Below are positions 12,186 to 24,669 of a DNA stretch of 64,000 bases, one piece after another. The DNA is taken from NCBI RefSeq assembly GCF_037042905.1, contig NC_087251.1, positions 11,596,001 to 11,660,000 on the forward strand, given 5' to 3'. Both the position numbers and the translations under genes were made by a program. Positions within the stretch are counted from its first letter, which is position 1. Each line of letters begins with the position of its first letter. The stretch is from Lytechinus pictus. Lineage: Eukaryota. Under the pieces are notes generated by a model that ran no database searches, was not told the origin of the DNA, and saw only the letters and a list, made by a program, of their open reading frames with translations.

Positions 12186-12924
12186 CTATTAAATTTGAAA
12201 AAGTAGACATACATGAATCACACATTTACATGTACATTGAACTTAGCTTTGCAGGAAATTCAACTGCTCTTTTCTGATTATTGCAACATATTCTTCCAAA
12301 TGTGTAATTTGACTCAACTGCCTGCAGTAATCTCCCAACATATGAATTTGAATGAGCCTTATATTCGTTAATTGATATGTAAAATCTTAATAAGACCAAA
12401 CATTTAAAATACCCTTTCATAATCATTGATAATGCAAGAAGTTAATAGTTTAATGAATTCAATTTTTGTAATATCCTATTTGCAATATTCAAATGAAGGG
12501 TATGGATAGATGACATTTATAATAATCTATTTAATAATTGCAGTCTTGTGTTGAAACATGTATATGGCCTAAATCAGGGATTCTCAAAGGGTGGCACGCA
12601 CGCCACTTGTGGCGCCAAGAGCCTTGCGGAGTGGCGCGTGGGAGCCGGTACAAAAAAAAGGGGAAAAAAAATAAATAAAAGTTTGATCTACTATTAACCT
12701 GGAATTGAGGTTTAATAATTTTATAACAAAGGGAATACAAAAACTTGACTGTATTTGAAATTTAAATGCTTATTGATTTCCTTGGATTTTGTGTAATCTA
12801 GCATTCGATAACCCTATTATGGAGGATCAATCGGATGGTGTTCTTCTTATTCATTATATTTTTGATGTATTTATTTACGACCAGTTAAAAGACTACGTAC
12901 ATATGTAAAAAAAAAATTTGTATG

Positions 12925-12997
12925 ACTTGGTTGAGAATTAAACCCACGACCTCCCATTCATGAGGCGGACGCTCTACCACTGATCACCATGCCCGGT
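12925..12997 (-). mobile_element. tRNA-like SINE head fragment
   Basis: Minus strand CAGTGGTAGAGCGTCCGCCTCATGAATGGGAGGTCGTGGGTTTAATTCTC with A box and degenerate B box. Confidence 0.5.
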
Positions 12998-14990
12998 TTG
13001 CTTTTAAACATGAATCTCAAGAACAAATGCAGAAACATATTTAACAAACATTCATTTGAGGAAGCCATTAATCATTTTTTTTAAATAGTTTCAAAATTCT
13101 ATATAGAACTTTAGTATCCCCACCTACATGTAGAGCTATCATATAAAGCAAACAAAATTGAAATTCATCAACAAATGAAGGAGAAAAGGTATATTTGTGA
13201 TTTATGAATAAATTTTAAATAAATTAGCACAAATAATTTTCAAGTAAAAATTTCAAAATTCTGTGTACAAGTTTGGTGAACCTTATGAAGCTCTACCATA
13301 CCAGTTGGAAGCAAAAAAATCAAAATCGGTCAAAAAATGAAGCATTTTATGTGAATTTTTAAAAATACGCATAAATTACATGTAGCATAAAAAAATTTCT
13401 AGCCATAATTTCGAAATTCTGTATACATGTTTGGTGAACCTCATGAAGCTCTACCAGATGGAAGCAAAGAAATCAAAATCGGTCAACAAATAAAGAAGAA
13501 GCATTTTTTGTTTAATTTTGAAAAATGCGCATAAATTAACATATTTAATGAGTTAAAAAACTTATGTGTAGATGTTTAGAATCCCCCACCTAGTGCTATC
13601 ATACATATATATATTTTTTTAATTGTGGACGGATGACAATCTCGGGGGGGGGGGGGGGGGGGATGGGGCAAAAGTTTCAATTTCGCCCGTCCTCTACTAC
13701 GCTACGGCTACGCACATGATTATTGTATACTATTATATTTTTTTTACTAATTTAGCCTATCTGTAGACTAGTAAGTTATTTGTTAGGACAGTTCGGGCCA
13801 GGGGCAGGAGGACCACTCACACTAACGTTAGCCTAGCCCTAACTTAGGAAGTCTTAGCTGAGCTCAGTCAAACTCAGCTCACTCACACGTATTGCGAGGT
13901 TAATATTACTATTAGTATTACTACTAACAGGAGGCAGAAGGACCAGGAGGACTCAGGCAGCTAGCTTGCCACAGGCACAGCCTCAGTCAGGTTGTTTAGG
14001 AAATTGGGCTAAAAATACCATGGCATGGAATGCAAATCATCATATTCCATGGTTTCTTAAGTTACTAATGATAGGCCCTATCATTTATTTAATTCGTTTG
14101 AAATTCGCTTTGTCCATGTTACATTGAGATCTAATCAATGTCCACCCTTGTGCGAGGCGAGATCGCGATGATTGAAGGATCGAGCGAAACTCGTGTATAA
14201 CTTCCAACACAAAAGTGAACGAATGGGACTAGCATTAAAACACTGTTGCGATAACGTAAAAAACAACAATGTCATGGTCTTTTCGAATGTCAATTTATTA
14301 ATTTAAAAAATACGAGGTATGGATATAATGTAAATACGAAACTGAATGAAAATAGGCATCGGAAATATAACGATATACTTACGATTTGTGCTTGAACTTG
14401 GCCACTATCACACAGAATGAGGCAGATTTGGACTGAATCGTCTGCAAATTTTTCTTCAAAATTTTGGCGCCAATTTCGATGAAAAAGATGGACAAGTCGA
14501 TTTTGCGCACGCGCGAAGGATTAAACCACCCCAAAGAGCAGTCTAGATTAAAACCAAATTATGATGTAGTTAAACCCCCCGGCGGTTTAAACTTCTTTTA
14601 TGAATCGCAAAATCAAGACCGTGGTCTAAATTTAAACCTTATATGGGGTTTAAACCTCGACCATGGTTTTAACTTCTTTTGTGAATTCGGGCCAAGGAAG
14701 TCTAGAAAAGTATTTTGCTTCTAAGATTGAAATGTTCTAATCTATTAAAGTGTAGATTTATGAGGTGTTCCCTTGAATGGCATTAAACTCAATGCTTATT
14801 CAGGGACTAGTACCCAGAAGTGTTTCATAAAGATTTAAGTCTAGACTAAAAGTCATGCTTAGATTCAAACATACACATGCAATGGGACGTTTGAGTGTGA
14901 TTTTAAGTCAGACTTCGGTCTTTGTGAAACACCCCCTGATTTGTCTATATCTTACAATACATTCATGAGGTTTTACAATTTCCTTTTTAG

Positions 14991-15059
14991 GTCGTGATGT
15001 GGGGAGCTGGATCTGAGTCGGGTGGTTGTGAGGCGGCAGAGGTCTGGCTGTGGCAGCTG
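14991..15059 (+). CDS. HAAO: HAAO exon: VVMWGAGSESGGCEAAEVWLWQL
   Basis: tttttag acceptor and gtaagt donor; 69 nt, phase 0/0; conserved VWLWQL motif. Confidence 0.92.
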
Positions 15060-15224
15060 GTAAGTTTTGACCATGTCTCACAAGACATTATAGTCCTTTT
15101 CACATGAAGAAGAACTTAACTGTTCTATAAAGGCTTTGGAGCGATTAAAATAGGAGTTGAGATTACACTTTTTGAGTACAAAAAAAATTAATCAATTCAT
15201 GATTATGAAATTATTGAGATCAGC

Positions 15225-15600
15225 AATCTCATTTGTAATTTATGTTGATATTGTGAGTAAGAAATAGAAGTTGAGTTCAATCTCTATCAGAAATTGATAT
15301 CAATTTTGTGATCAAGAAATAGAACCTTAGACCACTCACTATTTGACATTGATATCAATCTTGTAATTAAGAAATAGCAGTTTAGACCACTCACTATTTG
15401 ACATTGATATCAATTTTGTGAGTAGGAAATAGAAGTTGAGTTCAATCTCTTTGTGAAATTATCAATTTTTGGATTACGAAATAAAAGTTGAGATCGATCA
15501 CTATTTTAAATTGATATCAATTTTGGTAAAGATCAATCTTCTGGGTTTTTTTTGTAAACAGAGAGGAGTTGAGATCAATCCCTATGATAAATTCTTGATT
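15225..15600. repeat. Degenerate ~55-60 bp minisatellite
   Basis: Repeated ATTGATATCAATTTTGTGA..AAGAAATAGAAGTTGAG units. Confidence 0.6.
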
Positions 15601-16585
15601 TAAGAGCTGATTCGATATCAATCTCTACAATAGAGATTGTACTCCAACAATTGGAGCGCTGTGTGTAAAATCTTGATATGATGTGGCCATGGGGAGAAGG
15701 TGGAATTGCTACTAAATTTAATCAATTTTTTTTGTCCAATGCTTATTTGCATTGTGTGCAGTCGAAATCCATCCAGATTTCAAGGACAACTCCACCACAA
15801 AAGTTGACTTGAATTATTAAGAAGCATAACACTGAAAATCGGAATCGGATGTGAAATTAGTTATGATAATTTAATGTTTTGCTTAATTTCACATAACAGC
15901 TATTTGTGCATCCTAGTCAGTATGCAAATGAGGGTACCGATGACATCACTCACTATGCCTTTTGTGTTTTACTATATGACATATGAAATATTTTAATTTT
16001 GTCCTCATTGTCATGTGAAAGAAAGTGTTATTCCTTCCTGAACATGTGTAAATACCTTTGTTTTAACATTTGTACATCTGTAAAAATTGAAATATTCTAT
16101 AATTCAAACAATAAAAAAATCAAAAGAAATAGTGAGTGAGTGATATAATTGACTCTCATTTGCATATCACTGAGTTGTGCATAAAAATGTTTGTAAAACA
16201 AGCAAATTTTTAAATGTCATAGATTTCTTATTTTACATCAAATATTGATAAAATGTTCAGCGTTATGCTTGTTTAATTTTTCTCTCTACAAATCAATTCT
16301 TTTCTAAGCTGGACTTCGATCTTCAATTCTTTCATCTGAGTATCCTTCTTACCCCTCCCCTTTATTTCTAATAATGTTGATGATTTCATATTATAGTTGT
16401 AATTGGTATTACAACTAAATGATTTGACATTATTCATAATGTAAAATCTTTCAAGTCTTATATTTATTTATTTTCTTTCAACTAAATTTATACTCAAATA
16501 CAATACATTTTCCATACTAATTACTTAGTATTATTTAGTAGTAGTTATAGTACTCCTCACTGTCATATTGTTTGGTATCTTCCAG

Positions 16586-16677
16586 GAGGGAAAGTCAGAC
16601 GTTGGTGTTGGTGATGTCAAGGTTAAGAAGTATGAACTCAACAAAGATGAATGTATGCTGATACCGAAAGGAACAAC
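16586..16677 (+). CDS. HAAO: HAAO exon: EGKSDVGVGDVKVKKYELNKDECMLIPKGTT
   Basis: ttccag acceptor and gtaagt donor; continues WQL-EG; L..D...L.P.GT pattern of the HAAO C-terminus. Confidence 0.88.
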
Positions 16678-17162
16678 GTAAGTATTCTTCCTAGATCCTA
16701 GAAGAGGTTCCTTTTAGAAATTCTAGAAGAATCTTGTTGATTCTATTTTATTATTTTATTCATATTAACCTTCATTTTCTTCAATTTCATAAATTTTCTT
16801 AATTTTTCAAACAAAATTCATGCAAAGTCAATATAAAGAATATAAATATATGCAAGTTATATTTACAGAAGAACGCGTAGCAAGTAGAGTTGACGAAATT
16901 GTATGTTATAGAAGTTTAAGAAAAACAAACTTTATTGAATGTAATATTTTATCAGCTGACATCACAATTAAACATCTAAGAGATGGCAGAACTTGAACAC
17001 TTTAGATATGTTCATTTTCTGGTGGGGTTCGCAAACTTTTCAGCACCACTGTATGTGTAATATAATGAAGTACTACAAATTGTTATTGAAATCAAACATA
17101 ATTTTTTTCCTCAAACCATCCTCACCAAACACTGTTTGATATATTCTTTTTTGTTGCAACAG

Positions 17163-17262
17163 ATATACAGCCACAAGGGAGAAGGGTTCCCTCTGTTTGG
17201 TGTGCTTCCAAGATCCTAGACGCAAGAAACCGGTAGCAGCTAAGCCATCAGGAGACCAGTGA
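17163..17262 (+). CDS. HAAO: HAAO terminal coding exon: YTATREKGSLCLVCFQDPRRKKPVAAKPSGDQ*
   Basis: gcaacag acceptor; phase 2 matches the preceding donor; GS..L...QDP..KK motif; TGA at 17260-17262. Confidence 0.88.
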
Positions 17263-17286
17263 AACTCATCTTCTACACATCCCTAA

Positions 17287-17690
17287 AGCCCAGTGCACAC
17301 TATGCCATCAGATGCGACAGGATTTTTTAGTAAATCGCATTTTGTAATAAATATTAAAGTTCCAGATGTAAAAATTATTTCATTTGAATTTTGGCATAAT
17401 GTTAGGTATAATAAAATCATTATTTTGCTTTGCAGCAAGCCATGTGGCCGGAAAAAAAATAAAAATTGGTTTCAAGTCGCAGCCGATGACATCATTTGGA
17501 TGATTTGGATTTGAATTTGCTTTCATTCCTACAGGGAGGCTCGAACTAGACTGAATTTCGATTTCAGTAGTCCTACCAATATTCTCATCTCTGATCACTA
17601 AGATTTTATTGGTTGAAATGTTCATATCAAATGTTATTACAATTTCTTTGAAATTGGGATCGCAACGAATCACATAGTGTGTGCTGGGCT
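17287..17690. mobile_element. Harbinger-type MITE in the HAAO 3' UTR
   Basis: TIR AGCCCAG..CACACTATG; TSD TAA (17284-17286 and 17691-17693). Confidence 0.8.
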
Positions 17691-18772
17691 TAATGGCTGA
17701 GCTGCACAGAGAGAAGATTGAAATTAATTGAAATATACTGCTACACAAAGGAAAATTTTGTTTTCGTCGCAAGTTTTATAGGTCTATATGAAATTTTTTT
17801 TTATACCTTAAAGGTAAAGATGAATTGCAAATATATTGCTCTATAAGGGGTAAACAAGTTTCACCTCAGTATATTGAATTTTCTTGGAGGTAGAAAAAAA
17901 AAGATATGAGATATCTATATCATGTTTCTTTCAAGAATAGACATTGCTTTGACGATTTATAGGAAGGATTGAATTTTACTGCTGGATATGGGAAATATAT
18001 ATATATGTTATCCAAGAAAGATCTACTGCCATATTATATATACTGGATATATTTGATAACTAGTTATACAAATTCCAAGAGTAGTACACTTATTAAATGT
18101 ACAAATGCCATTCTAGAGTATATTTTTATTATTTTCTGTATTTCTGAAATTTAATGAGGCTATGAAGAAATATAACTTTGATTAACAATCAGTACTGATA
18201 ATTCCTGTCTTGAATAGTAAATGATTTCTTAAATTTATTTTTATCTGAAGTTATGAAATTTATGGTAGATATGTAAACACCACAGATCTGCCCAAACAAT
18301 ACAGATGTTACTGTAATTATATAAACATATGATCATTTTGATGGCATAAAGGAACTTGGCAGAGCCAATAAACTGCATCATGTTGCAGCATTATTTGTGA
18401 ATATATGAGCTCCACTTATGTGCTATCACATTTCTTTTTATGCAAGTGCTTCATTTGTTACATATATGAATAACACTGCGCTTTTTTATAGATAATGTTT
18501 AATGGCTGTAAACTAGCTCACCCCAGTTAATGTATATCCCGATCAAAATACATTTTGATGCATATGTGAACAGGGGTGTATTGCTTTGGCTTTATGGCAA
18601 CATTTCTTAATGGGACCTTTAGGGAGGTTTTGAAGCATGTGATGGTGCACAACAATACAGCTTTGTAAGCCATTCTCATGCCAGGGACTCTTTCATGAAG
18701 CTGTTTTTAGAGAGTTACTCATGATTACGAGCAAATGAATCATGTTCTTGGATGCTATATCAGATTCTCAAT

Positions 18773-19700
18773 TTTTGTCTCACCTGCATAGCAGAGTGAG
18801 ACTATAGGCGCCGCTTTTGCGGCGGCGGCATCAACACCAAATCTTAACCGAAGGTTAAGTTTTTGAAATGACAGCATAACTTAGAAAGTATATGGACCTA
18901 GTTCATGAAACTTGGCCATAAGGTTAATCAAGTATTACTGAACCTCCTGCCGAGTTTCATGTCACATGACCAAGGTCAAAGGTCATTTAGGGTCAATGAA
19001 CTTAGACCATGTTGGGGGAATCAACATCAAAATCTTAACCTAAGGTTAAGTTTTTGAAATGTCATCATAACTTAGAAAATATATGGACCTAGTTCATGAA
19101 ACTTGGACATATAGTGAATCAAGTATCACTGAACATCCTGCATGAGTTTCACGTCACATGACCAAGGTCAAAGGTCATTTAGGGTCAATGAACTTTGGCC
19201 AAATTGGGGGTATCTGTTGAATTACCATCATAACTTTGAAAGTATATTGATCTAGTTCATAAAACTTAGACATAAGAGTAATCAAGTATCACTGAACATC
19301 CTGTGCGCATTTCAGGTCACATGACAAAGGTCAATGAACTTTGGCTATAATGGGGGTATCTGTTGAATTACCATCATAACTTTGAAAGTTTATGGATCTG
19401 ACTCATGAAACTTGGACATAAGAGTAATCAAGTATCACTGAACATCCTGTGCGAGTTTTAGGTCACATGTTCAAGGTCAAAGGTCATGTAAGGTCAATGA
19501 ACTTTGGCCATGTTGGGGGTATTTGTTGAATTACCATCATATCTCTGTAAGTGTATTGGTCTAGTTCATAAAACGTGGACATAAGAGTAACCAAGTATCA
19601 CTGAACATCTTGTGCGAGATATAGTAGTTTTCAAAGTCAACACTGCTGCTATATTGAATCACGTGATGCAGGTGAGACCGCCAGAGGCATTCCACTTGTT
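18773..19700 (+). mobile_element. Helentron-associated non-autonomous element (HINE/DINE-1-like) with an internal tandem array
   Basis: Starts in a T-run; sub-terminal inverted repeats GTCTCACCTGCA (5') and TGCAGGTGAGAC (3'); short (GCG)n; about 5 tandem units of ~150-190 bp (CATGAAACTTGG...AATCAAGTATCACTGAAC...TCACATGACCAAGGTCAAAGGTCA). Confidence 0.75.
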
Positions 19701-22010
19701 TTAATTCTCACTAGCTGAGCTTGAAATATAAATTTTGCCAGTTGAATTTCTTGTTTTTAGCAGGCATTAAGAATGAATGCAGTGTTTATTATTTTTTCAT
19801 TCAGAATGTGATAAAAGAGCCGGGAAATTTTTGGGTATGTCATTTACCAAAAGATCACATAACAATTGTTCATCATGTCCTATGTACCTTTTTGAACCGC
19901 TGTATGAAGCAATCACTGCTATGTCAGGTAAGGCACCTTACCAAATGCCCATGCCATGTTTGTAAGCAGAAATCCCTCTATAAAGTCACTTAGCGTCTTT
20001 TGCAGCAGCTCTCCAACATTCCATATTGTTATGTCTATGACGAAATGTAACTATTTACAATGAATGAAATGCTTGCTGGATTTGTCAGCCTAGCTCAGTG
20101 ATATTTGTGCAATGAATGGCAAGGTTGCTGGTTCAATTCCCAGAATGATATAGATTTGATATTAAGTGTACCGTACCGACGTTGCACCATTCAGTTTTGG
20201 AGGCATGATGCCAATTTGTATATCCTGAAATATTTTTCATTTATGTCAAATAGACTTCCCAAAAGTCTGCATGTTTTAACTAGTATTCCTTGAAATTTGT
20301 TATTTTATTAATCTAGTTTGGCCAATTATAAAGTGCTGAAAGGGGGAAATTCCACCCTGAAAACAAGGTGATTTAATAAATGTAGGAGCAGCAAGAGAAG
20401 CATGTCAAGAAGGTTTAGTGAAAATGCCTCAAATGAGAACAGATCATGGAGTTATAAATTGTCACAGTTTTACTTTTGTGACATCACTTTCAATCTGCTC
20501 TGCCTAATCTGTATAATGAATCCCATTTATTTGCATATTTAAGGGTTCATGACAATGCACATAATGGGTTTTTGTTCATAGAAATTTTAACAAAGTAATG
20601 TTGTTTTTTTATTGATGCAAAGATAGAGTAATTTTTAAAAATATGAAGAAAATGGCATTTTATGGAATTCATCAGATACATGACAAGTGATGTCACAAAA
20701 ATAAAACAATAAAAAGAGCAATATTCTGATATAAACTTTGATGGATTTTTTTCAAATTTCATTGATTCATAATTTTCTATGTTTTTGCCTTTATTAGAAC
20801 CAACAAATGTCTAGGTAACCCTCAAGTTTGGTAATCCCAAACACCTTGTTTTACTCTATTTTACTTTATTTAGCATGCAAGAGGCCACTAGGCCTCACCT
20901 GGCAGCTGAGAATACAAATAGGTGATTCAATTTACTGTACACAATTTTTTTTTTTACTTCAGATTTATATTTAGATTCTATGTCTGACATTTGTAAGCGC
21001 TGTGATACTTGTATAGCGCATATATGAATAACCATTATTATTATTATTATCATCATTATTTATTCTTTTTCCACTATATCCAATTCATCAATTATAGGTG
21101 GTAGAAATCAAATCTTCTGTAATAATTTCTGTAAAACAATCAGGTGAATTTTTCATTACTATACTTACAATTGTTCTTTGAGATGAAGGTAGGGTCTATT
21201 CACTGGCATATTTTGCGTTTGACTTTTTACATGTATTTTCATAATAAAAATGTGTGAAAATTGATTGAATGGCATTGTTGGCATATTTTCTGTTCTGATG
21301 ATAAGGCGCTATGCTCAGTTTGTTCTTCCGAAAAATTGCATTAAAAACAGACATACTGAAGCTTTTCAACATGCATTCATCGGAGTAAAATCGCATGAAT
21401 GAACAGAACGCTAGAACAAAACAACTGCCTGATTTGTTTACCTTGACAGCCAATTATAACCTGTTGTTTAGCATCCATTTCTTTCTCGGTTCTATTATAT
21501 ATTGTTTCATTCTAATAATCTGTTTAATCATGGAATTTTACTCCAATGAGTGCACCTTAAAACGCTTCAGTATGTCCATTATTAATGTTATTTTCTGATT
21601 ATGCAGCACCAAATACTTTTTTATTTAGTTTGTCCTTTCCTCTTAGTTTCATTTTCTTATGATTTACACAAAGTTTTTAGGCAAACACATGTATATAATT
21701 TAACTAGAAAAATTCCTACTCCTTTGTTGCATTAACCAAGATGCTTTTTTGGTGGGCAGGGGCATGGGCAGAAGTCAATTTTTTATTCAATTTTTTGTTC
21801 TTGCAAATTCATAAAGAGCATTACCTACAAATAAAAATACCATAAAAAAACATTTACTGTAGATTAAGAAAAATTAAAGGCAGTTGGTAAGATTGTCCAG
21901 GACATAAATCAATGATTCAGCTGAAAATCCATAAACAAAAAAGGTCAGCCCTTGTATATAATCCAAGTACTAGTAGTCGGATATTCAAGATATCTGCAAT
22001 GTTGTGTTAA

Positions 22011-22532
22011 CCCAGGGGGGGGGGGGGGCACTCAGTATATAATGCGTGGTGGGTATGTGCCGCGGAGAGGGCCCCCATTTTTACACTCAAATTTCCTTTC
22101 CAAAGCATAGCATTTTTATCTTATTGAGAAAAAGAACAAAGAAAGCCATTCCAATGCAGAGCATTTTCTTCTTCTTGATAAAACAGAAGAAATAAATCCT
22201 TTCCAAAGCTACGCATATTGTTCGTAAGGCTGTTCCGGCCGCATTGTTCAACTACAATGAGGTGCATTTTTGGTGAAAAGCGGCCCGCAGAGTGCTGTCT
22301 GACCATCGCCTCTACGCAAGCACACCTGGACTAGCTGAATGCACGTGTGCGCGTTCCATAGGGATGCATACGCACTCACACGCAGGCGAACCGTTCCAAG
22401 GACCCCTTTTTCACCAACATGTAGTTCAGAAGACCCTCCTTATTACAATAAGCCCGTTCCAAAGCCCCCGTTTTTTGTTTCGCCCGTGGCACATACCTAC
22501 CACTTTTTTTGTTGAGTATGTGTCCCCACGGG
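22011..22532. mobile_element. MITE with CCC(G)n termini
   Basis: Imperfect TIR (CACTCA...GTGGTGGGTATGTGCCGCGG / CCGTGGCACATACCTACCAC...TGAGT); flanks share TGTTAA. Confidence 0.65.
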
Positions 22533-22943
22533 TGTTAAATCTACTGAACTATTTCTTTGTGTTTTAGGATACAAAATACGAAATATTTTCATGTTTTTGC
22601 CATTATAATGTCAGAAATTGATTCCCGGGGCTCCCTGCATATGGAATTGCAGTACAGTTGGGATTCATTGAAGATTTTCCTTATTGTCAAATCTGCAAAA
22701 AATGGAATATTGTATAATTCAAACAAAGTGGTGAAAGTGTGACATCATTGATTTTCACATTTTCATATCACTGTTGTGCATATAACTTTTTTCAAATAAG
22801 TGAAAATTTATGTCATAACTTTCTTCTTTTCCATCCGATTTTGATGAAAATTTCACTGTTATGTTTGCTTGATTTCTTTCTTTTTATTCAAATCAACTTT
22901 TTATAAAAATGGACATTGCCTTTAATATAGTGGGAGAGAATTT

Positions 22944-23270
22944 CCCTGGGGGAAATAAGGCATACAGGGATGTGCCGCTGGAATGGGTCACTTTTTTGGA
23001 ACATGGGGTATGGTCTTATGCTGGAGAATCCATCCCTAAACATGTGTCATATGGCCTCAATTTTTAGATACTGGCCTTAAACAGGTCCATATTCTCCTCC
23101 AATTTAGGGTGATAACATTTTTTGTTTGTTTGATAATTTTGATAAATCCTTAAAGGGTACGTACCTTTTTGGCCAAATTTAAGTGACCCGTAAATATGGA
23201 TATGGGTTTTGAACCTTCAGCCGCACACCCCCGTCCAAACCAAATCTACATGTAAGTATCCCCCCCCCGG
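22944..23270. mobile_element. MITE with CCC(G)n termini
   Basis: CCCTGGGGG...CCCCCCCGG ends; GAATTTCC duplicated in the flanks. Confidence 0.6.
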
Positions 23271-23604
23271 AATTTCCTATAACTTCAAAAACAATAAAGA
23301 CAAATTACAAAAAAAACCTTTACATAATTCTTTATTTTTAACAGAGAATTGTTTAGTTTAATACAAAATGGTTGTTTGTAATAGTTACATATGGACAGAG
23401 TCTCTTCGCATATTTTATGAATAAAAAAAAATCCTCCTGTAATATGAAAAAAGCAATAAGCCTCATTTCTCCATTAAAATAGGTAGTCAGATATAGATCG
23501 TCTAGTCGTGAATTCCTCGTAGAAATCCCCAATAGTCTTCAATCTTAGTATTTATGCCTTATCTATTTTTCTAAATGTAAAATTTCACACACACACACAA
23601 AAAA

Positions 23605-23826
23605 TCGTCTGCTAGCTGCTGATCACGTGGCCACCTTAGTCCTGACGTCACAGCAAAACTGCAAATCAACAAGGAAGAAGGAAGAAAATCCGTGTGGATA
23701 AAATTGTCGTCCGAACGCTTATATTTGATTATTTCCGACAGCGCCAACGGATTTATTAAACTGGCCCTTTGACTGGTAATCTAGAGTAACGGACAGCGAT
23801 TTTACAGTAATTTTGAAACGGTAAGT
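23605..23826 (+). promoter_or_regulatory. Candidate promoter and non-coding first exon of a downstream gene
   Basis: CpG-rich unique stretch; E-box GATCACGTGG (~23620), CRE TGACGTCA (23643-23650), consensus donor CG|GTAAGT at 23820/23821. Confidence 0.4.
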
Positions 23827-24010
23827 TGTTGAAGATTGTGCAAATATGAGGTAATTGAGAGAGGTAACATGCGTGGTGATGGTGAAGCATTCGAAGGGTA
23901 TCGTATCCGCCTTTCTCACGGGCCAGGGTACGGTATAGCCGCAAACAGCAAAGCCTAGCGCGAGCCTGAAGACGAAGGGCCAGGAACAGGTGAAGCGAAT
24001 TACAGCTGTA

Positions 24011-24494
24011 CCGTAGGATGGGGGGGTCGGGTGTCCGGACACTTTATATTTTTGAAGCCTTCTTTTTTGTCTTTGGATTACACTAAAAATATGAATTCAA
24101 TACTTATTAATCATCTTCTATTTTGTTCTTTATAATATTTCCTAACATTTTGTATACCCAGTTGTTGTGTGTCCGGACAGGTTGTGTGTCCGGGCGATCA
24201 ATTTTAGAAAGTCATTTGGAAAAATTTACAAGGAAAGTTTTATCAATTTTTAGTACAAAATGTCAGGAAATATTATAGAGAACAAAATAGAAGATGATTA
24301 CAACTATTGATTTCGTATTTGTAGTGTAATCCAATGACAAAAAAAAAGGCTTCAAAAATATAAAGTGTCCGGACACCCGATCCCCCATCCTACTAAAAAT
24401 TGATGAAACTTCGCTTGTAATTTTTTCCAAATGACTTTCTAAAATTGATCGTCCGGACACACAACCTGTCCGGACACACAACAACTGGGTATAC
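24011..24494. repeat. Interlocked inverted repeats (A-B-A'-B') rich in TGTCCGGACA; Tc1/mariner-like MITE derivative
   Basis: ~24011-24153 is the reverse complement of ~24254-24393; ~24151-24255 is the reverse complement of ~24392-24494. Confidence 0.7.
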
Positions 24495-24669
24495 AATACA
24501 AGCTCGGTGGAGTGACGCTGCTGAGCTGAGTGCTGATTTTCAGTGCATTGGCCATTGCATTGCGGTATTTTGATCTGCAGACTGCATTTCTGGTGAATTC
24601 TATATTTCTAAAACGAGGGAGCAATATTTGTAGACCAAGGGCCGCGCCGTGTTCTGAAAATTGTCTTAA

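Larger units (their letters stand above)
11070..14693 (-). mobile_element. Internally deleted and truncated Harbinger transposon in a HAAO intron
   Basis: Two transposase exons; Harbinger-like terminus GGCCCGAATTCACAAAAG (minus strand, from 14693) with subterminal TTAAACC/GGTTTAA repeats at 14521-14672; opposite TIR and N-terminal exons not found. Confidence 0.7.

Noticed and set aside
18830..19620. CRISPR-like array
   Set aside because: Units are wholly repeated with no unique spacers; eukaryotic context with no cas genes
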